Origin: Polyangiaceae bacterium UTPRO1
Lineage (GTDB): Bacteria > Desulfobacterota > Binatia > UTPRO1
DNA length: 64,000 nucleotides
Direction: 5' to 3'
Assembly: GCA_002050235.1 (NCBI GenBank)
Contig: MWST01000033.1
Coordinates: 1,986-65,985 of the forward strand
Shown here: positions 24,080-37,434 of the stretch, piece after piece
Layout of the letters: each line of letters begins with the position of its first letter
Numbering within the stretch: position 1 is the stretch's first letter
The notes under the pieces: model-generated
Told to the model about the DNA's origin: nothing
Databases searched by the model: none
What the model saw: the letters and a program-made list of their open reading frames with translations, nothing else
Translations under genes and position numbers: made by a program

Positions 24080-24087
24080 CGGGCGCC

Positions 24088-25401
24088 ATGGGAGTCGACG
24101 CATACGTCGCCACCCTGGCATGGCTCTATCGCTTGGAGGCGCGCCGCGGCGTCGACCTCGAGCTGGCGCGCGTGCAACGCGCGGCTGCGGCGCTCGGCCA
24201 TCCCGAGCGCGCGGCGCCGACGTTCCACGTCGCGGGCACCAACGGCAAAGGCTCGACGGCGGCGATGATCGCAGCGATGCTGGCGGCGGACGGCGTTCGC
24301 GTCGGCCTCTATACTTCGCCGCACTTGGTGTCGTTTCGCGAGCGCATCGTCGTCGCCGGCGAGCCGATCGCGGAGGAGGCCGTCGTCGCGGGCATCGCCG
24401 CGATCCGCGCCGCGCTCGGTCCGGCGCCGGGCCTCACCTGTTTCGAGATCACGACGCTCCTGGCCTGGGAGGCGTTTCGCGCCGCTGCCGTGGACGCGGT
24501 CGTGCTCGAGGTCGGCCTCGGCGGCCGGCTCGACGCAACGAACATCGTGCTGCCGGCAGTGACGGTGGTCACCAACGTCGATCTCGACCACGAGGCGTGG
24601 CTCGGCGCTACGCTCCCGGCGATCGCACGCGAGAAAGCGGGCGTGGTGAAGGCGGGCGTACCGGTGGTGTCGGGGGCAGCCGGCGCCGCGGCGGCAGTGG
24701 TGGCGGCGCGCGCCCGCACGCTCGCCAGCCCGCTCGAGGTACTGGACCGCGACTTCACGCTCGCTCCCGGTGCCGACGGCGAGCTCGCGTATCGCTCGCC
24801 CCGGGGGTCGATCGCGCCCGTCGCGCTTGCGCTCGCAGGCGACCATCAGCGCCGCAATGCCGCCCTCGCGATCCGCGCCGTCGAGCTCGGAGCCCGCCGG
24901 CCGCCGTCGGGTGCGGCAATCCGCTGCGGCCTGGCCGGCGTCAAGTGGCCGGGACGCCTCCAGGTAGTGTGCCGCGAGCCCCTTGTGCTATTGGATGGCG
25001 CCCACAATGTGGCGGGCATCGAGGCGTTGGCGGCGGCGGTGCGCGCGCGCGCCGGCGGGCGCCGCGTGCGGGCACTGTTCGGCGTGATGCGTGACAAAGG
25101 GTGGCAGACGATGCTGCGGGGACTCGCCGACGTTGCGTCGGAGATCGTCGTGACGCGGCCGCGACAACCCCGGAGCCTGCCGCCCGGCGAGCTCGCAGCG
25201 GCAGCGCCGTTCTCCGTTCGCGTCGTCGAGGATCCGGTCGCGGCCTATCGCGAGCTGCTCGCCGTCAGTGCTGCGGACGATGTCGTGGTCGTGACCGGCT
25301 CGCTCTTCCTGGTCGGCGACCTCCTGCCGGTCGTCGATCCGGCCCTCGCTGCCGCGGCCGACCGTGAGCGAGCCGCCGCCGTTCTCGCCGGCCGATGCTG
25401 A
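24088..25401 (+). CDS. folC: bifunctional folylpolyglutamate synthase / dihydrofolate synthase
   Basis: Mur-ligase fold; HVAGTNGKGSTAAMIAAML P-loop and LYTSPHLVSFRERI. Confidence 0.88.
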   Translation: MGVDAYVATLAWLYRLEARRGVDLELARVQRAAAALGHPERAAPTFHVAGTNGKGSTAAMIAAMLAADGVRVGLYTSPHLVSFRERIVVAGEPIAEEAVVAGIAAIRAALGPAPGLTCFEITTLLAWEAFRAAAVDAVVLEVGLGGRLDATNIVLPAVTVVTNVDLDHEAWLGATLPAIAREKAGVVKAGVPVVSGAAGAAAAVVAARARTLASPLEVLDRDFTLAPGADGELAYRSPRGSIAPVALALAGDHQRRNAALAIRAVELGARRPPSGAAIRCGLAGVKWPGRLQVVCREPLVLLDGAHNVAGIEALAAAVRARAGGRRVRALFGVMRDKGWQTMLRGLADVASEIVVTRPRQPRSLPPGELAAAAPFSVRVVEDPVAAYRELLAVSAADDVVVVTGSLFLVGDLLPVVDPALAAAADRERAAAVLAGRC

Positions 25402-27878
25402 CGCGCATCGTCCGCGTGCTGGCCGCCACGGTATGGCTGGTAGCGCTCGTCTCGCCGGCAGCGGAGGGGAACGGCCTTCCGGGGCTCTCGCACCTCGACA
25501 GGAGCGAGAGCGGCGAGGTGGCCATCGACGCCGAGCACATCGAGTACGATCAGCGCGCCAACGTCGTGACCGCACGCGGCGCGGTCAAGATCACGCGCGG
25601 CGACATGACGCTGACCGCGGACACCGTGCAAGTGAACCGCACGACCAACGTCGCGCACGCGAACGGGAATGTGGTGGTGACGGATCCGGAGGGCACGATC
25701 TCCGCCGACGTGCTGACGTTGGATCTCGTGCAGGAGACGGGCTCCATGGCCGAGGGCTCGGTCTTCTTGAACGCCAACCGCTATCAGCTCTCGGGTGAAC
25801 GCTTCGAGAAGTTCCCCGGGCAGGCGTACGCGGTCACCAAGGGCCGCTTCACGACCTGCGTCTGCAAGCAGGACGAGTCGCCGAGCTGGAGCATCCGCGG
25901 ACAGCGTGTCACGCTCGACCTCGAAGGCTACGGCCGCGTCCGGGGCGGCACCTTCGCCGTCCACGACGTTCCGATCTTCTACGTGCCCTACGGAATCTTC
26001 CCGGTCCGGCGCGAGCGCCAGAGCGGACTCTTGTTCCCGCGCTTCGGATTCTCCAATCGGCGCGGTTTCCAGATCGAGCAGCCCTTCTTTCTGAATATCG
26101 ACAAGAGCCATGACGCCACGGTATCGGTCGACCTCGAGACCGAGGCGCGCGTCGGCGCGCTCGGCGAGTATCGCTACGCACTGAGCCCCGAAACCCTCGG
26201 CGAGATCAACGGCTCGTACTTCAACGAGTCGATTCGTGGCGCGAGCTCGCGAGAGATCGTCAACAGGAACATCGCCGACCCCAACATTCCGGTCGACCGC
26301 TGGAGCGCCGGCGTGACTCACGACCAGTGGCTGCCGTACGGCTTCAAGGGATACGCCGACGTCCTGCGCGTGAGCGACGACCTGTTCCTGCGCGAGATCA
26401 ACGTGCTGACGTTCAACCCCGGTGTCGACGTGGCGCTGCGGACGCGGCGCTTCGAACGATCGCGGCTCGCCGTCGAACGCTTCTTCGACGACGGGCTCCT
26501 GCTGACGACGAGCACCTGGTATCAGGATTTCATCAATCCCGACCGCTACGTGTTCCAGGCGCCGCCGCGCATCGAGGGCAGGACGCAGTCGCGGTTTTTC
26601 GACGACCGCGTCCTGCTGCACTTCGCGGGCGAGGGCGTCAACTATACGCGCGACCGCGGCTACGAGGGGCAGCGGCTCGATCTGTACCCCGAGCTCGAGG
26701 TGCCGTGGCGATACGGCTCCTGGGCCCGCGGATCCTTCCGCGGCGGCGTACGCGAGACCGCCTATCACCTCGATGACACGCGCGTACCGACGCAGGTGAA
26801 CATCAATCCCGCCGACCCCGGAAGCCAGCCCCCGAGCATCCTGCCGGCCCTCGACCGCAACGCTACCCGCGAGCTCCTCTATTTCCGCGGCGACGTCGGG
26901 ACGACGCTGTCGCGCGTCTATCCGTTCGAGCGCTTCGGCCTCGTCCGCCTCAAGCATACGATCGAGCCGGAGATGGAATACCTGCTCGTTCCCCGCACCT
27001 CTCAGCGCCAGTCCGAGCTGCCGCTCTTCGACGACTTCGACCGCGTGAACAAGCGCAGTGTCGTGACTTATGGGCTCACGAGCCGCCTTCTCGGGCGGCT
27101 TGCAGCTCCGGCGCCCGCTGCCGACCACGCCAAGACGCATCGACACTCGATGGTCGTGCCGGCGTCCGACGAGGGGACGCCCGCCGGCGCCGACGGGCTC
27201 GGCGAGGGCGTGGAGGCGGTGCCGTCGGCGCCGGCGTCGGGCGGCATTCGCGAGCTGGCGCGCTTCTCGCTCTTCCAGAGCTACGACTTCGCCAACAAGC
27301 TCGGCGACTTCATCGGCGAGGTCGACCCCGATACGGGGCGGATCATGCGGGGGCAGGGCAATCGGGTCTCCGATCTGTCGGTTTACCTGCGCCTGACGCC
27401 GTCACCTTATTTGAGCTTCGAGGGGCGCAGCGACTACAGCGTCACCGGGGGCGGGACCAAGAGCGCTACCGTCGGCCTGTTCCTGACCGACTGGAGGACT
27501 GCTGCCGATGATTTCGGCCTCGCGGCCCTGCGCGGCCGGAGCCGCGTCGGCATCGGCTATCGCTTCGTCGCCAACCAGGCGATCGAGGAAGTGAACGGGA
27601 GCATGCTGCTGCGCTTCATGAGGCAGCTCTACGGTGCCTACGAGGCACGCTACGATAATCGGAGCGGCCGGTTCCTGGAGCACCGCTACGGCCTGCGCTT
27701 CATCTCGAAACAGGAGTGCTGGGTGGTAGATCTCGGCGTCGCCGACCGGGTGAACCCGAATGAAACGGAGGTGCGCTTCTTGGTGTCGCTCGTAGGTCTG
27801 GGGCAGTTCGGCAAAGAGCCGTTTCGGCAGTCGCTCGGCGCTATCGCGGCGCCGATGCACGGATTCATGGGGCAATGA
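25395..27878 (+). CDS. lptD: LPS-assembly outer-membrane protein LptD (OstA/Imp)
   Basis: 827 aa; signal peptide, OstA N-terminal domain (IEYDQRANVVTARGAVKITRGDMTLTADTVQVNRTTNVAHANGNVVV, FTTCVCKQDESPSWSI) and a long beta-barrel C-terminus; ATG overlaps the folC stop. Confidence 0.85.
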   Translation: MLTRIVRVLAATVWLVALVSPAAEGNGLPGLSHLDRSESGEVAIDAEHIEYDQRANVVTARGAVKITRGDMTLTADTVQVNRTTNVAHANGNVVVTDPEGTISADVLTLDLVQETGSMAEGSVFLNANRYQLSGERFEKFPGQAYAVTKGRFTTCVCKQDESPSWSIRGQRVTLDLEGYGRVRGGTFAVHDVPIFYVPYGIFPVRRERQSGLLFPRFGFSNRRGFQIEQPFFLNIDKSHDATVSVDLETEARVGALGEYRYALSPETLGEINGSYFNESIRGASSREIVNRNIADPNIPVDRWSAGVTHDQWLPYGFKGYADVLRVSDDLFLREINVLTFNPGVDVALRTRRFERSRLAVERFFDDGLLLTTSTWYQDFINPDRYVFQAPPRIEGRTQSRFFDDRVLLHFAGEGVNYTRDRGYEGQRLDLYPELEVPWRYGSWARGSFRGGVRETAYHLDDTRVPTQVNINPADPGSQPPSILPALDRNATRELLYFRGDVGTTLSRVYPFERFGLVRLKHTIEPEMEYLLVPRTSQRQSELPLFDDFDRVNKRSVVTYGLTSRLLGRLAAPAPAADHAKTHRHSMVVPASDEGTPAGADGLGEGVEAVPSAPASGGIRELARFSLFQSYDFANKLGDFIGEVDPDTGRIMRGQGNRVSDLSVYLRLTPSPYLSFEGRSDYSVTGGGTKSATVGLFLTDWRTAADDFGLAALRGRSRVGIGYRFVANQAIEEVNGSMLLRFMRQLYGAYEARYDNRSGRFLEHRYGLRFISKQECWVVDLGVADRVNPNETEVRFLVSLVGLGQFGKEPFRQSLGAIAAPMHGFMGQ

Positions 27879-28639
27879 TGAAGGGCGTCATTCTCGCCGG
27901 CGGTCTCGGGACCCGGCTCTACCCGCTCACCCGGATAACCAACAAGCACCTGCTGCCGGTATTCGATCGGCCGATGATCCATTACCCGCTGCAGGCTCTC
28001 ATCAATGCCGGCATTCGCGACATCCTGCTCGTGACCGGCGGCAACAACGCCGGCGACTTCTTGAAGCTCCTCGGAAACGGCAAGGACTTCGGCCTGCAGC
28101 ACCTGAACTACACCTATCAAGAGGGCGAGGGCGGCATCGCCGCGGCGCTCTCTCTCGCCGAGCATTTCGTCGACGGCGAACGCGTGTGCGTGGTCCTCGG
28201 CGACAACATCATCGAGCGGAACTTCACGGCGTCGGCAGCGAGGTTCGCGCGGGGCGGCGAGGGGGCGCGCATCCTCCTCAAGGCGGTGCCCGATCCGGAG
28301 CGCTTCGGAGTCGCCGCATTCCGCGGCCGGCGCATCGTCGCCATCGAGGAGAAGCCGCGGCGTCCGAAAAGCCGGTACGCAGTCACCGGCATCTACATGT
28401 ACGATGCCCGCGTGTTCGACGTTATCCGCACCCTCGAGCCGTCGCGGCGCGGCGAGCTCGAGATCACCGACGTCAACAACTGGTACCTGCGGCGCGGCGA
28501 GCTCGGCTACGAGATCCTGCGCGGCTGGTGGACCGACGCCGGCACCTTCGAGGCGCTGCATCGAGCCGGCAACCTCGTGGCGAGGACGGGTGCGAACAAG
28601 CTCGACCCGCCGCGCGCGCAGACCCGGAGGCGGCGATGA
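27875..28639 (+). CDS. rmlA: glucose-1-phosphate thymidylyltransferase (short form)
   Basis: MMKGVILAGGLGTRLYPLTRITNKHLLPVFDRPMIHYPLQALINAGIRDILLV; ATG overlaps the lptD stop. Confidence 0.88.
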   Translation: MMKGVILAGGLGTRLYPLTRITNKHLLPVFDRPMIHYPLQALINAGIRDILLVTGGNNAGDFLKLLGNGKDFGLQHLNYTYQEGEGGIAAALSLAEHFVDGERVCVVLGDNIIERNFTASAARFARGGEGARILLKAVPDPERFGVAAFRGRRIVAIEEKPRRPKSRYAVTGIYMYDARVFDVIRTLEPSRRGELEITDVNNWYLRRGELGYEILRGWWTDAGTFEALHRAGNLVARTGANKLDPPRAQTRRRR

Positions 28640-29091
28640 TCCATGGCGTCCACTTGAAGCGGCTTGCCGTGCACGCCGACGATCGCGGCTTCCTGATGGA
28701 GGTCCTGAAGGCGGACGACCCCTGCTTCCAGACCATCAAGCAGACGACATACACGGAAGCGTTCCCCGGCGTCATCAAGGCCTTCCATTGGCATCGCCGC
28801 CAGTGGGACATGTGGTTCTTCGTCCGCGGGATGGCGCAGGTGGTGCTGTACGATCTGCGCCCCGACTCGCCGACGCACCGGCAGACGAACGTGTTCGTGA
28901 TCGGCGACCGCGCCCCCGGGCTGCTGGCGATTCCGAGCGGGGTGGCGCATGGCTACCGCGTCCTCGGTCAGGAGGTGGCGGGGCTGCTCTACCACACGAC
29001 CGAGGCCTATGATCCGCAGGATCCGGACGAAGAACGCATCCCGTTCGACGATCCGACGATCGGGTTCGACTGGACGACGCGACCGCGCTGA
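28636..29091 (+). CDS. rmlC: dTDP-4-dehydrorhamnose 3,5-epimerase family cupin
   Basis: 151 aa; HADDRGFLMEVL ... AFHWHRRQ ... cupin core; ATG 28636 overlaps the rmlA TGA. The ORF-track entry 28186..29091 carries a spurious extension. Confidence 0.7.
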   Translation: MIHGVHLKRLAVHADDRGFLMEVLKADDPCFQTIKQTTYTEAFPGVIKAFHWHRRQWDMWFFVRGMAQVVLYDLRPDSPTHRQTNVFVIGDRAPGLLAIPSGVAHGYRVLGQEVAGLLYHTTEAYDPQDPDEERIPFDDPTIGFDWTTRPR

Positions 29092-29095
29092 GACC

Positions 29096-31098
<2,003 letters not shown>

Positions 31099-31101
31099 CG
31101 C

Positions 31102-32079
31102 GTGCGCTACTTCGTCACCGGGATCGGCGGCTTCGCGGGGGGGCATCTCACCGCCGCGTTGCTCGCGGCCGGACACGAGGTGGCCGGGCTGGTGCGCGAG
31201 CAGCGGTCCCGTCCTGCGCTGGAGGCGCTCGCGGCGCGGTATCCGCGGTTCCGCCTCGAGGCGCTCGCGAGCGGAGACGTCGCCGACTTCGAAGCCGTGC
31301 GGACCGCCGTCGCCGCGGCGCGGCCGGACGGCATCTTCCATCTCGCCGGGATCGCGTTCGCGCCCCGCGCCGCTGCCGATCCGGCGCGAACCCTGGCGGT
31401 GAACGTGCTCGGGACGTGCAACGTGCTCACCGCTGCGCGGCGCGAGGCGCCGGCGAGCCGGGTCGTGGTGGTCGGGTCCGCCGACGTCTACGGTGCTGCG
31501 GCGAGCGCCGGCGAGCCGATCGACGAGGACCGGCCGCTCCGACCCGTCAGCACGTACGGGCTTTCCAAGGCTGCGGCCGACATGGCGGCCTTCCAGGCGT
31601 GGTGGGAGGCGGGGCTAGCCGTGGTCAGGGCACGCCCCTTCAATCACACCGGACCGGGCCAGCGCGGCGACTTCGTGTGCTCGGACTTCGCCCGGCAAGT
31701 CGCGCGCATCGAGCGCGGCGAGGCGCCGCCGGTGCTGCACGTCGGTAATCTCGCGAGCGCCCGCGATTTCGCCGATGTCCGCGACGTCGTGCGCGGCTAC
31801 GTGACGCTGATGGAGCGCGGTGCGCCCGGCGCCGCCTATAACCTCTGCAGCGGCGAGGCGGTGACGGTCGGCGCCATCGTGGAGATGCTCCGGGCCGAGG
31901 CGCGCGTCGCGTTCGCGGTCGTCGAGGAGGCGGCGCGCGTCCGGCACCGCGAGATCCCTCGGGTCGTCGGCGACGCGGCGCGGGCCCGCGCACTCGGCTG
32001 GGTCCCGGCGATCCCGCTCGGCCGCACTCTCCGCGACCTCCTCGAGTACTGGCGCGCGGCCGACGGCAGCGCCGCCTAG
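31102..32079 (+). CDS. rmd: GDP-4-dehydro-6-deoxy-D-mannose reductase (Rmd-like; GDP-D-rhamnose forming) SDR
   Basis: Colinear motif matches to Pseudomonas Rmd as I recall it: FVTGIGGFAGGHL, FHLAGIAFAPRAAADPARTLAVNVLGTCNVL, RPFNHTGPGQRGDFVCSDFARQVARIERG, VGNLASARDFADVRDV, YNLCSGEAVTV. It lies immediately 3' of gmd. Confidence 0.7.
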   Translation: MRYFVTGIGGFAGGHLTAALLAAGHEVAGLVREQRSRPALEALAARYPRFRLEALASGDVADFEAVRTAVAAARPDGIFHLAGIAFAPRAAADPARTLAVNVLGTCNVLTAARREAPASRVVVVGSADVYGAAASAGEPIDEDRPLRPVSTYGLSKAAADMAAFQAWWEAGLAVVRARPFNHTGPGQRGDFVCSDFARQVARIERGEAPPVLHVGNLASARDFADVRDVVRGYVTLMERGAPGAAYNLCSGEAVTVGAIVEMLRAEARVAFAVVEEAARVRHREIPRVVGDAARARALGWVPAIPLGRTLRDLLEYWRAADGSAA

Positions 32080-32141
32080 GCTCGACGGCGGCGCCGGAAA
32101 CCGCCTTGAGGGCGCAAGATCGCCATGTTAGGGAACCTCGG

Positions 32142-33856
<1,715 letters not shown>

Positions 33857-33860
<4 letters not shown>

Positions 33861-34825
33861 GCGCGCCGGCTCGCGCACCGGCCGCGGCTGCGCCGGTGGA
33901 CGTGTCGATCGTCGTCCCGGTCTACAACGAGCGGCCGACGATCGCAGCGCTCTTCGCGGAGTGCCGCGCCGCGCTCGATCCGCTCGGTCTCGCCTGGGAG
34001 GTCGTTTTCGTCGACGACGGCTCCAGCGACGGCTCGTTCGAGGTCGTCACGGCGTTGCAGGCGGGCGATCCGCGCTGTCGTGGCCTGCGGCTGCGCACCA
34101 ATCTCGGCAAGGCGGCGGCGCTGGCCGTGGGATTTCGCGCCGCCCGCGGCGAGCGGCTGGTCACCATGGACGGCGACCTTCAGGACGACCCGGCGGAGGT
34201 GCCGCGCTTGCTGGCGGCGCTCGACGCCGGCGCCGATCTGGTGTGCGGGTGGAAGGTCGATCGGCAGGACTCGCTCTCGCGGGTCGCGGCGTCGCGGGTC
34301 TTCAACGCTGTCTCGCGCCTCGCATCGGGGGTCGAGCTGCACGACATGAACTGCGGGCTCAAGGCGTTCCGGCGCGAAGTGACGACGGAGGTGCCGCTCT
34401 ACGGCGAGTTGCATCGCTTCATTCCCATGCTTGCCGCGGGGCAGGGGTTTAGAGTGACCGAGCAGCCGGTCTCGCACCGCCCGCGCGCGTTCGGGCGCTC
34501 GCGCTACGGCTGGTCGCGGGCGCTCCGCGGCATGATGGACATGATCACGGTGATCTGCCTGACCCGCTACAACCGCCGGCCGGCGCACTTCTTCTCGCTT
34601 CCCGGCGCGGCGCTGGTCATGATCGGCGGCGTGCTCTGCGGCTACATCGCGCTGCTGCGCGTGATGTACGGCAACATACAGAGCCGTCATCCGCTCCTCA
34701 TCTTCGCCGTCCTGCTCGTGGTGGTGGGCGTGCAGCTGTTCACGACCGGCCTCGTCGGGGAGATGCTCGTCGACGCGGGACGGCGCGTCGACGACGACTA
34801 TCATCGCGCGCGCAAGATCGGCTGA
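33857..34825 (+). CDS. GT2 polyprenyl-phosphate hexosyltransferase (Dpm1/GtrB/ArnC-like)
   Basis: SIVVPVYNERPTIAALFAE...VVFVDDGSSDGS...TMDGDLQDDP (DxD-type) catalytic domain plus two C-terminal TM helices. This is the typical lipid-linked monosaccharide donor synthase architecture. ATG overlaps the gspE stop. Confidence 0.75.
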
Positions 34826-34840
34826 GCGGCTTCCCCGCCC

Positions 34841-36211
34841 ATGAAGCTGCTGGATCGTTGGCGCCGCGGCGCCGTCGCCAAGCGGCGGGCGGCGCTCGTC
34901 GGCCTCGACGGCGTCGGGATGCCGCTGGCGCGAGCGCTCGTCGACGGCGGGGTGATGCCGCGTCTCGGGGCGCTGTGGCGCGCCGGTACGGTGGCGCCCA
35001 TGCGGTCGACGCTGCCGACCATCTCCAACGTGTCGTGGACGAGCCTCGTGACCGGCGTGAACCCTGGGCGCCACGGGATCTTCGGCTTCACGGACGTCGC
35101 CCGCGACCGCTACACGACGACGTTCCCGAACTTCGGGCACGTCCGGGCGCCGACGCTCTGGGACGCGCTCGGCGCGCGCGGGCTGACGTCGGTCGTCCTC
35201 AACGTGCCCGGCACCTACCCGGCGCAGGACATCGTCGGGACTCTGGTGTCGGGATTCGTCGCCGTGAGCTTGGAGCGCGCGGTGCGACCGGCGGCGGCGC
35301 TCGCGGTCTTGCGCGCGCAGGGTTACCGTATCGACGTGGACTACGTCGCCGCCGATCGGCGGCCCGAGGCCTTCTTCACGGATCTCTTCGCGACCCTTGC
35401 CGCGCGCCGCCGGGTGTTCCGCCACTTCCTCGCTACCGACTGGGACTGTTTTCTCGGCGTCATCACGGAAACCGACCGGCTGCATCACTATTTCTGGCAC
35501 GCCTGGGCGGATCGCGGGCACCGCTGGCACCAGCGCTTCCTCGATTTCTACGCCGCTGTGGACGCGGCGATCGGCGAGGTCGCGGACGCGGTCGGCGATG
35601 CGACGCCGCTCTTCGTCGTCGCCGACCACGGCCACGCCGCGATCGAGAGCGAATGCCACCCCAACGTCTGGCTCCAGCGCGAGGGCCTGCTGCGCTTTGC
35701 CGTCGACGTTCCGCGCTCGCTCGCCGACATGGACCGGGCTTCGCGGGTTTTCGTCCTCGACCCGGGCCGCATCTACCTGCACTACCGCGGCCGATTCGCC
35801 GAAGGAACGGTGGCTCCCGGGGCCGAAGCCGAGGAGATCCTCGAGCACGTCGCCGCCGGGCTCCGCGGGCTCGTGTACCCGGAAGGTGCGGGCGGCGGCG
35901 GCGTGCGGCCGGTCGCGGCGGTGCATCGCGGCACCGACCTCTACACCGGACCGTACGTCGGCGACGCGCCCGACGCGGTCGTCGAGCCGCGGGCGGGATT
36001 CGACTTCAAGGGCTCGCTCGGCCGCCGCGCCCTCTTTGACAGGAGCCAACTCACCGGCATGCACACCTACGACGATGCCCTCTTCAGCGTGAACCGCCCG
36101 GACGTCTCGACCGACGCCCTCGCCGTCGTCGACGTGGCGCCGACGCTGCTGGCGTGGCTCGGGTGCCCGCCGCTAGAGCCGATGGACGGACGGCCGCGGA
36201 TGGCCGCATGA
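34841..36211 (+). CDS. alkaline-phosphatase superfamily protein (type I phosphodiesterase / nucleotide pyrophosphatase-like)
   Basis: 456 aa, no TM segment; metal-site-like LPTISNVSWTSLVTGVNPGRHGIFGF ... VVADHGH. Confidence 0.55.
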   Translation: MKLLDRWRRGAVAKRRAALVGLDGVGMPLARALVDGGVMPRLGALWRAGTVAPMRSTLPTISNVSWTSLVTGVNPGRHGIFGFTDVARDRYTTTFPNFGHVRAPTLWDALGARGLTSVVLNVPGTYPAQDIVGTLVSGFVAVSLERAVRPAAALAVLRAQGYRIDVDYVAADRRPEAFFTDLFATLAARRRVFRHFLATDWDCFLGVITETDRLHHYFWHAWADRGHRWHQRFLDFYAAVDAAIGEVADAVGDATPLFVVADHGHAAIESECHPNVWLQREGLLRFAVDVPRSLADMDRASRVFVLDPGRIYLHYRGRFAEGTVAPGAEAEEILEHVAAGLRGLVYPEGAGGGGVRPVAAVHRGTDLYTGPYVGDAPDAVVEPRAGFDFKGSLGRRALFDRSQLTGMHTYDDALFSVNRPDVSTDALAVVDVAPTLLAWLGCPPLEPMDGRPRMAA

Positions 36212-37407
36212 GCGGCGGCACGCGTTCCGGCGCCGGATCCAGGCGCTTCGCCCTGATCGGACCGAGCGCGCCGTTTCGCGGCGGTATAGCCGAGTACCAC
36301 GATCGGCTCGCGGGCGCTCTCGCGACGGCGGGGCATGCGGTACAGCGGATCTCCTACCGGCGCCTGTATCCGGCCATCTTGTTTCCGGGGCGCACCCAGT
36401 ACGTAGATCCGTCCGTGGTCGGCGCCGCCGACGCCGCACGCGCTTCGCTGCCGCCGCCGGAGGCGCTCCTCGACTCGGTCGGTCCCGGCAGCTGGCTGGC
36501 GGTGGCGCGCCGTGCCGCCGCGGCCGACGCGGCGATCGTCGAGTGGTGGCATCCGTTCTTCGCGCCGGCCCTCGCCGTGATCACGTCGCTCCTACGGCGT
36601 CGCGGCGTGCCGTCCATATTCGTCTGCCACAACCTCGAGCCGCACGAGCCGATGCCGGGCGGCGCCTGGCTCGCGGCGCGGGCGCTCGGGCGGGCAGCGG
36701 CGTTCGTCGCCCAGAGCGAGCGCGATGCCGCGCGTCTACGCGCCGCGCACCCCGGTCGCCCGACAGCGATCGTACTGCCGCCCGCCGTCGCGCCGCCGCC
36801 CTGTCCGCACGGCGGCGGGCGCGCCGCTTGCGCAGCGGCGCTCGGCCTACCGGCGGCGCCGCGCCGCCTCCTCTTCTTCGGCTACGTCCGCGAGTACAAG
36901 GGGCTGCCGACGCTCTTCGAGGCGCTGCCGCGGCTCGACGCCGACGTCCAGCTCGTGGTGGCAGGCGAGATCTACCACCACGACGCCGCATATTATCGGC
37001 AGCTGGCGGCGCGGCTCGGGGTGGGCGCCCGTGTCGTCCTCCTCGACCGCTTCCTCGCCGCATCCGAGGTTGCGTGCTGCTTCCGGGCGAGCGACCTCGT
37101 CGTCCTGCCGTACTGGGAAGCGAGCCAGAGCGCGGTCGTTCCTCTTGCCATGGCGAGCGGGCGAGCGGTCGTCGCGACCCGTGTCGGCGGTCTCCCGGAT
37201 CTCGTGCGCGACGGCGTCACCGGTCTTCTCGTACCCCCGCGCGATCCCGCCGCTCTCGCCGCAGCCGTCGTCGACGCTCTCGCGGCCGGCGAAGCCATGG
37301 GCCGCGCCGCGTGCGCCGCGGCGGCGCGCCTCGATTGGCGAGCGGCCGCCGACGCCATCACGGATCTGGCGACCACCGCTATATGCGGCCCAGCAGGCGC
37401 GTGTTAA
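36208..37407 (+). CDS. GT4-family (GT-B) glycosyltransferase
   Basis: C-terminal Glycos_transf_1-like core (ASDLVVLPYWEASQSAVVPLAMASGRAVVATRVGGLPDLV...GLLVPPRD) with an E-x7-E-type motif region; ATG overlaps the preceding stop. Confidence 0.7.
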   Translation: MSGGTRSGAGSRRFALIGPSAPFRGGIAEYHDRLAGALATAGHAVQRISYRRLYPAILFPGRTQYVDPSVVGAADAARASLPPPEALLDSVGPGSWLAVARRAAAADAAIVEWWHPFFAPALAVITSLLRRRGVPSIFVCHNLEPHEPMPGGAWLAARALGRAAAFVAQSERDAARLRAAHPGRPTAIVLPPAVAPPPCPHGGGRAACAAALGLPAAPRRLLFFGYVREYKGLPTLFEALPRLDADVQLVVAGEIYHHDAAYYRQLAARLGVGARVVLLDRFLAASEVACCFRASDLVVLPYWEASQSAVVPLAMASGRAVVATRVGGLPDLVRDGVTGLLVPPRDPAALAAAVVDALAAGEAMGRAACAAAARLDWRAAADAITDLATTAICGPAGAC

Positions 37408-37434
37408 GGATTTGCATCGCTCCGGCGAGGTCTC

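Noticed and set aside
25245-27146. 633-aa minus-strand ORF antisense to lptD
   Set aside because: Antisense artefact.
28186-29091. 301-aa ORF suggesting a long N-terminal extension on the RmlC-like cupin
   Set aside because: The extension overlaps rmlA out of frame and is Arg-rich nonsense. ATG 28636 overlapping the rmlA TGA gives a canonical-size cupin.
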